Source of the DNA: Flaccisagitta enflata
Taxonomy: Eukaryota
DNA length: 64,000 nucleotides
Direction: 5' to 3'
NCBI GenBank assembly: GCA_965153355.1
Contig: OZ231126.1
Coordinates: forward strand, 20,832,001 to 20,896,000
The notes below the pieces were generated by a model, which did no database searches, was not told the DNA's origin, and saw only the letters and a list, made by a program, of their open reading frames with translations. A program made the translations under genes and the position numbers. Shown piece after piece: positions 26,758 to 40,414 of the stretch. Within the stretch, counting starts at the first letter, position 1. The number at the start of each line of letters is the position of its first letter.

Positions 26758-27570
26758 TTTTTAGATGCGTCCTCGCATTTCTATAGGAGGCTCTGTCCCT
26801 TGGTATGTATGTAGGTATGTATGTCGGTTGGTAACGCGAAATTTTCTAAAGGCGATTTCTAAGGTTTTCTCTTGATTTCTCTTCATGTCTCTTCTTGTCT
26901 CTAAATGTCTCTTATATCTCTTAAATCTCTTATGTCTCTTATGTCTCTTTTGTCTCCTATATGTCTCTTATATGTCTCTTATGTGTCTCTTATGTGTCTC
27001 TTATGTCTCTAACGTCTCTTATGTCTCTTATTTCTCTCATTTCTCTCATTTCTCTTATTTCTCTTATTTCTCTTATTTCTCTTATGTCTCTTATGTCTCT
27101 TTTGTCTCTTTTGTCTCCTATATGTCTCTTAAATGTCTCTTATATGTCTCTCATATGTCTCATGTCTCTAACATCTCTTATGTCTCTTATTTCTCTTATG
27201 TCGCTTATTTTTCTTATGTCTCTTATGTCTCTTCATGTCTCTTCATATCTCTCATGTCTCCTCATGTCTCTCCATATCTCTCCATGTCTCTCCAAGTCTT
27301 TTTGTTCTCTTTGTGTCTCTTTTTGACGAGGAGGGGGGGGCGGAGGGGGGTGGGGGAGTGGGGAGGGGGGAGGCGCGGGTGGAGAGGGGGGCGGGGGGGA
27401 GGCGTGGGGAGGGGAAGGTGTGGGGGGAGGGAGGAATCAGTTTATATTTTTCTCTTTATCTCAATATCTATGTATCTTCATATCATCATATCTTAATATC
27501 TTTATATCTTAATGACTTGTATCTTACATCTAAAGAGGACGCATCTATTGGACATCTCTTGGCCTTGTTT
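26758..27570 (-). mobile_element. HINE-like element carrying (ATGTCTCTT)n array and a G-rich block
   Basis: Subterminal inverted repeat AGATGCGTCCTC (26763) / GAGGACGCATCT (27535), GTAT/GTCG microsatellite, 9-10 bp array at 26880-27300, GGCCTTGTTT end. Confidence 0.7.
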
Positions 27571-27794
27571 ATTTTGCCATAGTTACAGACATGCAGAAAG
27601 AGAGAAGTAAGATATTCATTGTCTCATGACATGTAAACAGACACACAGAAACAAGTCAACAATGGAAAAAAAAGGGAGACAACAAATAGAAAAAAAAAGA
27701 ATAGAAAAAACTAACAAAAAGAAAAACAATACAATAAGAGCAAACACACACAGACACAGGTTGACATTTGGCTAACGTCTCGAAAGAGGGAAAG

Positions 27795-27830
<36 letters not shown>

Positions 27831-30800
27831 GACAGACAGACAGACAGAAGGACAGACAGTGAGACAGACAGACTGATAGACAGACTGATCGGGCAATCCG
27901 ACAGACACGAATAGAAATAGACAATCATTTTGTCGTTAGAAGTAAAGAGAGCGACAATGCAAAGACGAATGTAACGAAAGCTTTGGAGAAAAAAGTTTGA
28001 AGATAAAAAAAATAAAAGAAAATTGTTCATTTGTCCGTTTGTCAACATCAAACGGATTCCATCATTCCTCCTTGCCTCGTCAGATGGCCATCGGCAGTCG
28101 AGAAGAAAAAAAAGAGACAAATCGGACGACAAATGGGGCCTTTGTCTCGTTGGTGGTCCAGACGACTGATGGATGCAATGACATATTCGACGACGACGTT
28201 GACGACGACGTTGACGACGACGACGAGTACGAACGGAACTACGACGACGACGACGACGACAGAGGAACAATTTTACGCAAGGCCGATTTTTCGTAACCAT
28301 TGAAAGCAGTGAAAGAAATAAAACCAATAAAATGTCTGATAAAAGAATAAAAGAATTTCACAGAGAAGAGGAAAAAAAATATTCGACGACAGAAAGAAGA
28401 GTTTTTCCAAACGGGGTCGGAGAGTCAGAGGACGAAGAAGAAAGAGAAGAAGAACAAGAAGAAGAAAAGAAAAAGAAAAAGAAAAAGAAAATGAAAGAGA
28501 GGAAAATAATTAAAGAGAAGAAAAAGAAAAAGAAAAAGAAAAAGAAAAAGAAAAAGAAAAAGAAAAAGAAAAAGAAAAAGAAAAAGAAACAGAAAAAGAG
28601 AAGGAAAAAGAAAGAGAAAGAGAGGAAGTAAGAAGAAAACTAAACAAGCCCAAAACAGTGCGAAAGTCGCGGACGGTTGAGAAAGTGCAGTAATACAGCA
28701 TAAATACAGTTTTTCTCACTTTCATACCTTAAAACGACCTATAAAACACTTTAAAAAAGAATACATTTCAAGAATGTTACGGACAGCAAGATAGACAGAC
28801 AGACGGACGGATGGACGGAAGGATGGACGGACGGATAGACGGACGGAGGCTGAAAACCGCTCGCAATTCAGGATTTGGACGGACCGACTTATGGACCAAC
28901 ACGGCAAAGGTGTAGAGTCGCGCGCCCGCGACTGAAAAGGAATGAGGGGGCGAAGTGGCACTGCAAAGTAGGCAAGCTGAGACAGAGAGTCAAATCATGT
29001 AACACTGACTCGGAAACCAGTAAAAAATAAGACAGGCACACAAAAGAAGGAAAACTCATGTTTAAGGACTATCTAACAATGGCTTTCTCTCTCCCACACG
29101 CTCCCACTAATGAATAGAAACGAAGATCCACCCATCACCCAGGAGGTTTTAATAAACGTAATTAACGAAATTACGCCCAACGCTTTAATATTTCAAATTA
29201 TGACTTATGAGGTTTTTTTTTTGCTAAACCATAAAACAGAATTGCTTTTCATACGCGATGTTGCTGCATTGCTGCATTGCTGCATTGCCGCAGCTCTTGC
29301 TGCAAGAGCTAAGCAGACATAAATTTTGAATGGAGGCAGTAATTTTTGCACTCAAGCTCGTTTTCGATGTAATAATGCGCGACCCTGATAATTAATAGTA
29401 AAGATGGTGCTAGAAAGTTCTCCGAAATGTCTTCTTGATAATTAGTTATCATGCTGGTTGCGAGAATATATTACTTTTCAAAGCTGTGGAAATTGTAGCT
29501 CAAAACATTCTTGTTGCAAACGTCACTAACTTGTTTGAAAAAATAAGAGATGTAATAAAATAATTATGCCTCCCTGATATGATAAGGCAACTGCAATATG
29601 AAATTGCACACAATAATGCGGCTGAGAAAAAAACCAAGGCTAAAAAAAACATGGCGTAGGCACATACAGGTGGTCAGGGGCACAAAGGACATTCGGCAGG
29701 TGCAAAAAAAAAAAAAGGTTTTATTCTCCCAAGATTGAGACAAAATGACAAAATAGGTTTAGATATAGGAGACTAACGAATCAACGGACCAACCAGCCAA
29801 CCAAAAAAATATCCAGAATTCTGCTTGTAGATCCACATGCAATATGAATCGTTTCATTGAACGCTATTCTTCTATTCTGCCGCGCTCATCCATCAGTGCA
29901 TGGGGCGGAATCTAATTAATGAATCATCACTCATCAACGATTTTAACGAGGATTTTTCCAATCAAAAATTCCATCCTTATCTGACAATAAAATTATAAAA
30001 AAAGAAAAAAAAAATGTTTTGCACAAAGCCAGAGAGAAAAAAAAACTTTTAAAAATGAACCGGCATTGTGACTCATGAAGATTCGGAGGAGGAGAGGCGC
30101 GGTCTAAACTAAGCTCGCTTAAGGCCTGCTTAAGCTCAGTTAAGCTTCGTTTCTAAGACTTCATTTGACATTTGAGGCTTCATTTTCTTGTTGCTTTCTT
30201 TTTGCTCACTAGAATTTGACTTTAAACTAACATTTGAGTTATGAGTTGTGTAAAAAACCATCGCAATTCCGCTTCTCCTTCTTCTTTTCACTTTCACCAA
30301 CACGGTTACCGATTTCGTATTTGTCCCTTTTAGTTCACCCCGTTAGTAAGTCTGTCGCTGTGTTTGTTCATCCCTCTGCCATATTTAGCTTCATTCATTG
30401 TTCTTCTTGTCCTTATTCTCGCCACCTTACCTCCCACCATCTCACTTTTATCTCGTGGCTTCTATGTACAGGAGATGACCGTCTCGCCATCACACCCCCA
30501 CTATATTCCTTTCAGAATCCCAAACCGTCTATTTCTAGACATGATTCCCCCGGTTTCCCTTCTACTCCCCAATACTTTACGATGACTTTCTTTACATCAT
30601 CTGCCCCCCAACTGCATGTCTGATTTGGAAAACGCTTCATGTCGCTTCATGTCGCTTCATGTCTGATTTTGAAAACGCTACCTCAACTCTCACTCCATAT
30701 GGTGTCCAACTAGATATTACCTTTCCCAGATTCCCCCATGTTTCCTCAAGCGGTTACCTCTCAGACATCACCTCCTCAATGAGGAGTCCGCAACAAAGAT

Positions 30801-30995
30801 TCCATCTATGCATTGACCCTTTTTAGCATTTAGGACCATCTCCCCTCCAACTTCATCCCCAGTTTTCCCTTTACTTGGCATTGTTCCTCGTCTTATCACT
30901 CCCTCGGTTTTTCCCGGCCGATGTCATCTAGATTCAGACGCTCTGTTCTTTGTCCTTGGGCTCTCTCTGTCTCCTTCTGCCTCGTTTTCTGTCTA

Positions 30996-31300
<305 letters not shown>

Positions 31301-31870
31301 CGACATTGTGCAGACTACGACGCTTAGACGCTTGTGGAAACGCACAGAATTATTCAATGAGCTAAGAATGGGGGCCGAGAAAAAAAAGGACATACTAGAA
31401 TTAAAAAGCGACAGATAGTGGAAAACATCTCACATGGATTCACATCATCTATGCGGATGAGGGAAAAAGAAAGCAAATCAGAAAACTACAAGGACAGGGG
31501 GAAAAAACGACGATAAAGAAAAAAAAAAAAAAAAAGAAAACATCAAATATGGCTAATTTTGTTGTTGTTTTTTTTTCGCCACCTAATGGCAGGATAATTG
31601 ACACTTGAACCGCTTGTCAAAGCAAAATGGAATAGTAGGGCGGACAGACAGACGGACCAACAAACAGACATGTTTCTTGCCTGCGAAACCGGAGAAAGCA
31701 GAAATGAATGGATAGAAAGTCAAGGAAAAGAAAAAAAAAAAACCAATAGAAGAAGAGAGGCGCGAGAAGAGATAAAAATTCCTCATTTGACATTGTGGAG
31801 AATTTATGGTTGGGGCCTTCACACATCTTTTCAGATTTCCATCGACAAAGCCGCCGGTCGCGCAGAGCCT

Positions 31871-32460
31871 CCGCCGGTAGCCTTGGTTATGCTGATCCTC
31901 CGCCGGTAGCCTTGTTTATGCTGATCCTCCGCCGGTAGCCTTGGTTATGCTGATCCTCTGCCGGTAGCCTTGGTTATGCTGATCCTCCGCCGGTAGCCTT
32001 GGTTATGCTGATCCTCTGCAAGTTTGCTTGATTGTTTTGCTTTTCTGTCGGTCGCCTACTACCGGTTAACTTGGTTAAGTTGCTCCTCTGCCTTGACTGT
32101 GTCGCTCTTCTGCTGGTTACCTTGGTTGTGCTGCTTCTTTGCCAGTCGCGGTGGTTTTGTTGCTCCTCCGCCCATTTCTTTGGTTGCATCACTCCTCTCC
32201 TAATCGTCTTTGCTACGCTGCTTTTCTGCCGATCTATTTGTTGTGTTGCTCCTCCGCCCATCAACTTGGTTGTTTTGTTCCTTTGCCGGTCGGGGTGGTT
32301 TTGTTGCTCCTCTGCCCATTTCCTTGGTTGCATCACTCCTCTGCTAATCGTCCTTGCTACGCTGCTTTTCTGCCGATCTCTTCATTGTGTTGCTCCTCGG
32401 CTTGTCGTCCTGGTTATGCTGCTCCTCGGCCCATCAACTTGGTTGTGTCGCTCTGCCGGT
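31871..32460 (+). repeat. 29-bp minisatellite, homogeneous then diverged
   Basis: Five near-identical CCGCCGGTAGCCTTGGTTATGCTGATCCT units (31871-32015), then degenerate units with a block repeated ~144 bp apart (32151 and 32295). Confidence 0.85.
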
Positions 32461-32986
32461 CGCAGTGGTGGCGCAGGTTCTCTGCCATTAAAGGGAAGAC
32501 GACATGGAATATTGTGAATACAAATCCAAGCCTCGAAAGATTTTTGCTTTCTCATCTTATTATCATTCCGACCATTTTTGTCCTTCTCATGCCCTTTGTC
32601 CTTCAGTCTGTCCTCCTCCTATCACACACCCGTGGATCAAGTCCCGACATCAACAGCTGTTTCAGCCCCAACATTCGTTCGTGTGCCACAATCCATGTTT
32701 TTCCTCCGTCCGTCCTCGTCTTCTCGTGTCTCAGGTACAGCATGTCTTTTTTCTTGTCCCTCTTTGTCCCTCTATTTCCTTGTGCCTCTGTCCGCCCTTT
32801 ACCCTCCAATATCGTTCCCCTGTCCGCCCACGTCCCTGCAGCCGTGTGTGGGTTCTCCCCCCCCGTCCGGCCACGTTCATGATCCCCGACGCGTAATTCA
32901 CTTCTATCCGCTAATGATAATCCATCTATCCGCTCATTTCACTCTGTTTAATCTGTCCAGTTTGTTGTTTCCGTCAGTCAAAGTTA

Positions 32987-33575
32987 CAGGGTGTTCAATC
33001 TCAAAGTCGGGAAAGTAAAAAGCTTACATTTTTAAACGCTATAAGTCAGTGATTTCAAACCATTTTTTTCTTGTAGTATTATGTTTGACGTTTTTTGTGT
33101 AAAAATTTCATTGGTCTAGCTTAAATAGTTTGTCCACAACATCAATTTGAAGTAAAACAAGTATTTACAGTTGAAGCTCAAAAACTCATATCTTTATCAA
33201 CATTGTTTTTCAATATTCTGCCTTAAATTTTCAAACGGCTTGATAATCGGGGCCAGATTGGTCTCAGATGTAAACATCTTCAAATTATACTTAATTTGAG
33301 ACCAATCTGACATTTTTACTTCAATTCATTTAGAAACTAGAGCAATTTTAAGAAAAACTATCATGATCAAAATGAGAGTTTTTAGCTCAAACTTTATATT
33401 CTTGTTTTACTTAAAATTGATGTTGTGGGCAAACTATTGAGGCTAGACCAATGAAATTTTTATACAAAAAACGTCAACCATATTACTACCATTGAAAAAT
33501 GATTTGAAATCACTGACTGGTTGCATTTAGAAATTGAAAGCTTTTACTTTTCCGACTTTGGGATTGAACACGGGG
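32987..33575. mobile_element. Foldback MITE, Tc1/mariner type
   Basis: TA|CAGGGTGTTCAATCTCAAAGTCGG ... CCGACTTTGGGATTGAACACGGGG|TA; self-complementary over most of its length. Confidence 0.8.
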
Positions 33576-34136
33576 TACAACCAGCAACCCCCAAATCATC
33601 TCAAACTCTTTACCCGTTAACTTCGATAAGCCTCTTAACACAAGTTTGCTTTCATGTATTCCTTTATCAATTATCCAACTCTCTACCTCCGCTTGTCTGT
33701 TGTTCAAACATTTGGTCATTACGAGCTTTTTGGGCAGCGGCCCCAAAGGGTCCTGTAGGACACAAGGGGGAATTTCGAGCTGTCTGTCCTTCAGTCCCCC
33801 TTGGCCATTGAGGCCTCAGGTTTGCACTCTCAGGCCTGATTTTGGCCCTCTGAGCCCTCAAATGAGCCCTTTCAGACCACAATTTAGCTCTCATAAGCTC
33901 AAATTAGCTCTCCAGACCTCATATCTTTGGGGCCGCTGCCCTGCTCTCACTCCACTACTTCACTTGATCACTCCAAGCAGGGCATCGGGTACCGCTGACC
34001 ATGTGCGATCCTTGGATGACTAGTTTTCTCCACTGCCCCTGCTCAAACGCGTTTGTGACTCCCTTTCTCACTGCCCCGCCCACAATCACGCGACTGACCT
34101 CAGTCACCTTACTCTGTCTGTCTATCTGTCAGTCTC

Positions 34137-34192
<56 letters not shown>

Positions 34193-34193
34193 C

Positions 34194-34341
<148 letters not shown>

Positions 34342-35920
34342 TTCAGTGTTTTTTCCCAGCTTCATACATCCACTCTCTCCTCCTCTGGCTCCGGTTATCT
34401 TCACAACTTTTTTTTCTTCTCCCCTATTTTGCACGCTAAGCGTCTCTATAACACGCCATGACCGCCATTCGTCCGTCCGTTCGTCTGTTGATCAATCGGT
34501 TGGTTGGTTGGTCTGTTGGTGTTAGCTATTTTGGCGCTTAGAGGCTCTTTTTTTGGTCACTTCTCCTGCCCAAATGTTAGATAAGCTTCCTTCATCACTG
34601 CCCTGGCCCGCTCACCCGCGGCTTGGGTAGTTAAGTATCCAGCTTTGTTTCCACAGAAGAAAACTCTCTCTCGCCTCTCCTCCAGTTTTCTGGCGCCCGT
34701 CACGAAATTTATGGGGGAAATTTCTCTGGAACTCCTCTCGCCTTTACAGTTGGCATACTTCACAAGCACAAGCACAAGCACACGCGCAAGCACACGCGCA
34801 GTTTGGATTACGGCCCCAAAGGAGACGAAGCATTGAGGATGGGGTAGGGAGGGGGATGGAATGACGGACGGACGGACGGACGTATGACGGACGGACGGAC
34901 GGATAGACGGACGGACGGACGGACGGACGGACGGACGGACGAACGGACGGACGGACGGACGGACGGACGAACGGACGGACGGACGGACGGACGGACAAAT
35001 GGACAGACGGGCAGACAGATTCCCCCTCTGTTCTACGGTACTTCGTCCCCTTTGAGCCGCTGCCCAAAAATTGATCCTATGGTCTCAAATATGCCCTATT
35101 ATATCAGGACGTATGGAAATTCACCCCTGTGTCTTACAGGACATCGACCCTTTGGGGCCCTGCTCCCACTCCATTTCTTCAGCTAATCACTCCATCGTTT
35201 TCATCTGCTTTGGGCAGCGGTCCTAAAGGGGAACCTGTCCCCCAAGGGCAATACGTAGTCAGCGATACCCGCTGCCCTGCTTTAAATGACTGTGAATTTG
35301 AGTAAGGGGAAGCAGTACAGCGGCCCTGAAGGGGACAAAGTCCTGTAGTACTAAGGGGGACTTTCGTTCTTCCTGCCCAAGATAGTTGAACAGGGCTGAT
35401 TGAGGGTGTTTGATAGCCTGAATGCTTGTTCAAAGGCTGACGAAGATGGCTGGGCTGAAAGGCTGAAAGGGCTCATTTCAAGCTCAGTTGATAGATTTGA
35501 TATCTTAGGCGGATTTGAGGCCTGAGAGCACAAATTTGAAGTCTGAAAGGGCAGATTTGAGCCCTGAGAGGTCTGATTTGAGGCTTGAAAGGCCTGCTTT
35601 AGGCTTGAGAAGGCAGATTGCTATTGGTCTGAAAGGGATGATCTGATCTGATGATCTGAGGCCAGAGTGTTGCCTGACAGGGCTAATTTAAAGCATGAAA
35701 GGGCTGATTTGAAGCTTGATTGGGCTGATTTGAAGCTTGATAGGACCTATTTGAGGTCTGAGAAGGTGGATTGTAGGCCTGAGAGGTAGATTTGAGGCCT
35801 GAGAGGCCCAAACTGAAATAAAGAGGGCTGATTTGAAGCCTGAGAGGTCTGATTTCAGGCTTGAGAGGGCTTATTTCAGGTCTGAGAGGGGGGGCGGACA
35901 AACAGACAGACAAACAGACA

Positions 35921-38900
35921 TGAGGTCCATTGATTGGAGAAGATTATGGCTGAGGGGGGACCTTGCGGTATTTCCCTGCAGGGTCCAGGGATTGGAGAAG
36001 ATTGTGGCTAATGGGGGACCTTGCAGTATGTCCCCGTGGGGTCCAGGGATTGGAAAAGATTGTGTCTGTTGGGGGAACTTGCAGTATTTCCCTGCAGGGT
36101 CCAGGGATTGGCGAAGATTGTGGCTGATGGGGGACCTTGCAGTATTTCTGTGCAGAGTCCAGGGATTGGAGAAGATTGTGGCTGAGGGCGGACCTTGCAG
36201 TATTTCCCTGCAAGGTCCAGGGAATGGAGAAGATTGTGGCTGGTGGGGGACCTTGCAGTATTTCCCTGTGGGGTCCAGGGATTGGAGAAGATTGTGGCTG
36301 AGGGGGGACCTTGCAGTATTTCCCTGCGGGGTCCAGGGATTGGAGAAGATTATGGCTGAGGGGGGACCTTGCAGAATTTCCCTGCAGGGTCCGGGGATTG
36401 GAGAAAATTGTGGCTGATGGGAGACCTTGCAGTATTTCCCTGCAGGGTCCAGGGATAGGAGAAGATTGTGGCTGATGGGGAACCTAGCAGTATTTCCCTG
36501 CGAGGTCCAGGGATTGGAGAAGATTATGGCTGATGGGGGACCTTGCAGTATTTCTCTGCGAGGTCCAGGGATTGGAGAAGATTGTGGCTGAGGGGGGACC
36601 TTGCAGTATTTCCCTGCAGGGTCCAGGGATTGAAGAAGATTGTAGCTGAGGGGGGACATTGCAGTATTTCCCTTTAGGGTCCAGGGATTGGAGAAGATTG
36701 TGTCTGATGGGGGAACTTGCAGTATTTCCCTGCAGGGTCCAGGGATTGGAGAAGATTGTGGCTGATGGGGGACCTTGCAGTATTTCCCTGCAGAGTCCAG
36801 GGATTGGAGAAGATTGTGGCTGAGGGGGGATTTTGCAGTATTTCCCCGCGAGGTCCAGGGATTGGAGAAGATTGTGTCTGTTGGGGGAACTTGCAGTATT
36901 TCCCTGCAGGGTCCAGGGATTGGCGAAGATTGTGGCTGATGGGGACCTTGCAGTATTTCTGTGCAGAGTCCAGGGTTTGGAGAAGATTGTGGTTGAGGAG
37001 GGACCTTGCAGTATTTCCCTGCAAGGTCCAGGGAATGGAGAAGATTGTGGCTGGTGGGGGACCATGCAGTATTTCCCTGTGGGGTCCAGGGATTGGAGAA
37101 GATGGTGGCTGAGGGGGGACCTTGCAGTATTTCCCTGCGGGGTCCAGGGATTGGCGCAGATTATGGCTGAGGGGGGACCTTGCAGAAATTCCCTGCAGGG
37201 TCCGGGGATTGGAGAAAATTGTGGCTGATTGGAGACCTTGCAGTATTTCCCTGCAGGGTCCAGGGATAGAAGAAGATTGTGGCTGATGGGGAACCTAGCA
37301 GTATTTCCCTGCTAGGTCCAGGGATTGGAGAAGATTATGGCTGATGGGGGACCTTGCAGTATTTCTCTGTGAGGTCCAGGGATTGGAGAAGATTGTGGCT
37401 GAGGGGGGACCTTGCAGAATTTCCCTGCAGGGTCCAGGGATTGAAGAAGATTGTAGCTGAGGGGGGACGTTGCTGTATTTCCCTTTAGGATCCAAGGATT
37501 GGAGAAGATTGTGTCTGATGGGGGAACTTGCAGTATTTCCCTGCAGGGTCCAGGGATTGGAGAAAATTGTGGCTGATGGGGGACCTTGCAGTATTTCCAT
37601 GCAGAGTCCAGGGACTGGAGAAGTTTGTGGCTGAGGGGGGACCATGCAGTATTTCCCTGCGAGGTCCAGGGATTGGAGAAGATTGTAGCTGATGGGGGAC
37701 CTTGCAGTATTTCCCTGCGGGGTCCAGGGATTGGAGAAAATTGGGGCTGATGGGGGACCTTGCAGTATTTCCCTGCGAGGTCCAGGGATTGGAGAAGATT
37801 GTGGCTGATGAGGGACCTTGCAGTATTTCCCTGTGAGGTCCAGGGATTGGTGAAGATCATGGCTGATTGCGGACCTTGCAGTTTTTCCCAAAGAGGTCCA
37901 GGGATTGGAGAAGATTGTGGCTGAGGGGGGACCTTGTAGTATTTCCCTGCAGGTCCGGGATTGAGGAAGATTGTAGCTGAGGGTGGACCTTGCAGTATTG
38001 ACCTTTAGGGTCCAGGGATTGGAGAAGATTGTGGCTGATGGGGGACCTTGAAGTATTTCCCTGCATGGTCCAGAGACTGGAGAAGATTGTGGTGGAGGGG
38101 GGACCTTGCAGTATTTCACTGCAGGGTCCAGCGATTGAATAAGATTGTGGCTGATGGGGGACCTTGCAGTATTTCTCATGAGTCAAAATAAGTGAGATAC
38201 AGCTATTTCCCTGCAGGGTCCAGGGATAGGAGAAGATTGTGGTTGATGGGGAACCTAGCGGTATTTTCCTGCAAGGTCCACGGATTGGAGAAGATTATGG
38301 CTGATGGGGGACCTTGCAGTATTTCTCTGAGAGGTACAGGGATTGGAGAAGATTGTGGCTGAGGGGGGACCTTTCAGTATTTCCCTGCAGGGTCCAGGGA
38401 TTGAAGAAGATTGTAGCTGAGGGGGGACATTGCAGTATTACCCTTTAGGGTCCAGGGACTGCAGAAGATTGTGTCTGATGGGGGACCTTGCAGTATTTCC
38501 CCGCAGGGTCCAGGGATTGGAGAAGATTATGGCTGATGGGGGACCTTGCAGTATTTCCATGCAGAGTCCAGGGATTGGAGAAGATTGTGGCTGAGGGGGG
38601 ATTTTGCAGTATTTCCCCGCGAGGTCCAGGGATTGGAGAAGATTGTGGCTGATGGGGGACCTTGCAGTATTTCCCTGCGGGGTCCAGGGATTGGAGAAGA
38701 TTGTGGCTGATGGGGGACCTTGCAGTATTTCCCTGTGAGGTCCAGGGATTGGAGAAGATTGTGGCTGATGGGGGACCTTGCAGTATTTCCCTGCGAGGTC
38801 CAGGGATTGGTGAAGATCATGGCTGATTGGGGACCTTGCAGTTTTTCCCAACGAGGTGCAGGGATTGGAGAAGATTGTGGCTGAGGGGGAACCTTGCAGT

Positions 38901-39140
38901 ATTTCCCTGCAGGGTCCAGGGATTGAGGAAGATTGTAGCTAAGGGTGGACCTTGCAGTATTTCCCTTTAGGGTCCAGGGATTGAAGAAGATTGTGGCTGA
39001 TGGGGGACCTTGAAGTATTTCCCTGCATGGTCCAGAGACTGGAGAAGATTGTGGTGGAGGGGGGACCTTGCAGTATTTCACTGCAGGGTCCAGCGATTGA
39101 AAAAGATTGTGGCTGATGGGGGACCTTGCAGTATTTCTCA
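35921..39140 (+). repeat. 58-bp satellite, about 55 copies, with higher-order blocks
   Basis: Unit GGGTCCAGGGATTGGAGAAGATTGTGGCTGATGGGGGACCTTGCAGTATTTCCCTGCA; register shifts by 2 nt per 60-nt line. Confidence 0.97.
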
Positions 39141-39545
39141 TGAGTCAGAGTGAGATACAGCTCATTCCCAACCTGAACATCTTGTTCCATTGTTTTTTAA
39201 ACATTTTATGATTTAATGATTTGATGCTAAACTGTTATCTTCAAAAAGCTTATCACATAAATTAAAATTTTTTGCTTTTAGATATTTTTTTAGCTCAATT
39301 GATATGAACGGTCAATCATTTTTCACTAATACATTGTGACTTGTCACTTGGAATAAAGTAATGGACAATATTTTTCAAAAGAAAAAAGGCGACCCATTTT
39401 ACCCCACCCAAATGGGGTAATTTGGGTCACCTTTTCGTTTTCAAAAAAGGGTGGTTGCCCCCCTCACTTATTTCTAAGAGGCAATTTTTTTTTTGTGGTA
39501 GTAGAGAAAACACACTTTCTCCATAGTCAATGATGAAAAGGGATA

Positions 39546-40414
39546 CCAGTGAGGAAAAAAGTCGTAAGCATTGGTCACTTTTCACCATGCTTTTGTCTTC
39601 AGTCACCGAAATTTTTTTTTTTTGTTAGATCAAATCAAAAGCAATTGTATGTATTGATTGCACTGAAAATCAGAGAAAAATAGAACTGAGCCAAATGAGC
39701 TAGATGAGCTAAAGTATTCAAAATGATTCAACCAGACAACCAGCTGTGCTCACTGATATGCGTTCTTGTATTTGTATGCTTAAATCAAAACATTCAATTA
39801 TCCTATTTTAAGTCAGAGAAAAAGAGCAAGCTAAATGAGCTAAATGAGCTAGAATACTTAAAAATACCTCAGAGCTGAGCAGCTCTGCTCACTGACATGT
39901 TTTTTTTAATTTGCTTGCTTAAACAAGTATGAAAATATTTATTCATTTATTGTATTTGAAATCAGAAAAAATAGATTGAGCTAAGTGAGCTAAATGAGCT
40001 AAAATGCTCAAAAACGCCCTCACCTATGAGCAGCCGTGCTCGTAAACATTTGTTTTGTATTTGCATGCTCAAGTAAACATACATTCACTCCTTTATTGAT
40101 CCTACACAAAATATAAAAAAAATCGAAACAAATTCCATTCGAATTTTTTTAAATAAATCTTTAAAAAATCATAGCGCGAAAAATATTTGTCGTAGATCAT
40201 TCTGCTTGGCGCCAAATGAAAGAGAATTATCAAATTTACTTACCCTATCAATTTCGTTTGAGGGCTCAATCAGCCTTATAAGATCCTAAAAAGAAAATGA
40301 AAACCCTGTTTCTCTTGAATATGTCAAAAAGTTGGAGACTGACTTCGACTTTTTTCAGTAAAAGCGACCAATGCTTATGACTTTTTTTCCGCACGGCGAT
40401 AGCCGCCATTACTG
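39546..40414. mobile_element. Non-autonomous TIR element; inverted copy at 52945-57255
   Basis: GGAAAAAAGTCGTAAGCATTGGTCACTTTT / AAAAGCGACCAATGCTTATGACTTTTTTTCC ends; three internal GAGCTAAATGAGCTA subrepeats. Confidence 0.7.

Noticed and set aside
28149-28303. Small ORF MDAMTYSTTT...FYARPIFRNH
   Set aside because: Mostly (ACG)n low complexity; no splice or homology support.
35921-39140. CRISPR array or hammerhead ribozyme satellite
   Set aside because: No unique spacers and a eukaryotic context; units have CTGATGG without a downstream GAAA on the same strand, so the hammerhead core is absent.
35833-39190. ORFs up to 294 aa with repeating PPSATIFSNPWT
   Set aside because: The 58-bp period cycles through all frames; satellite artefact.
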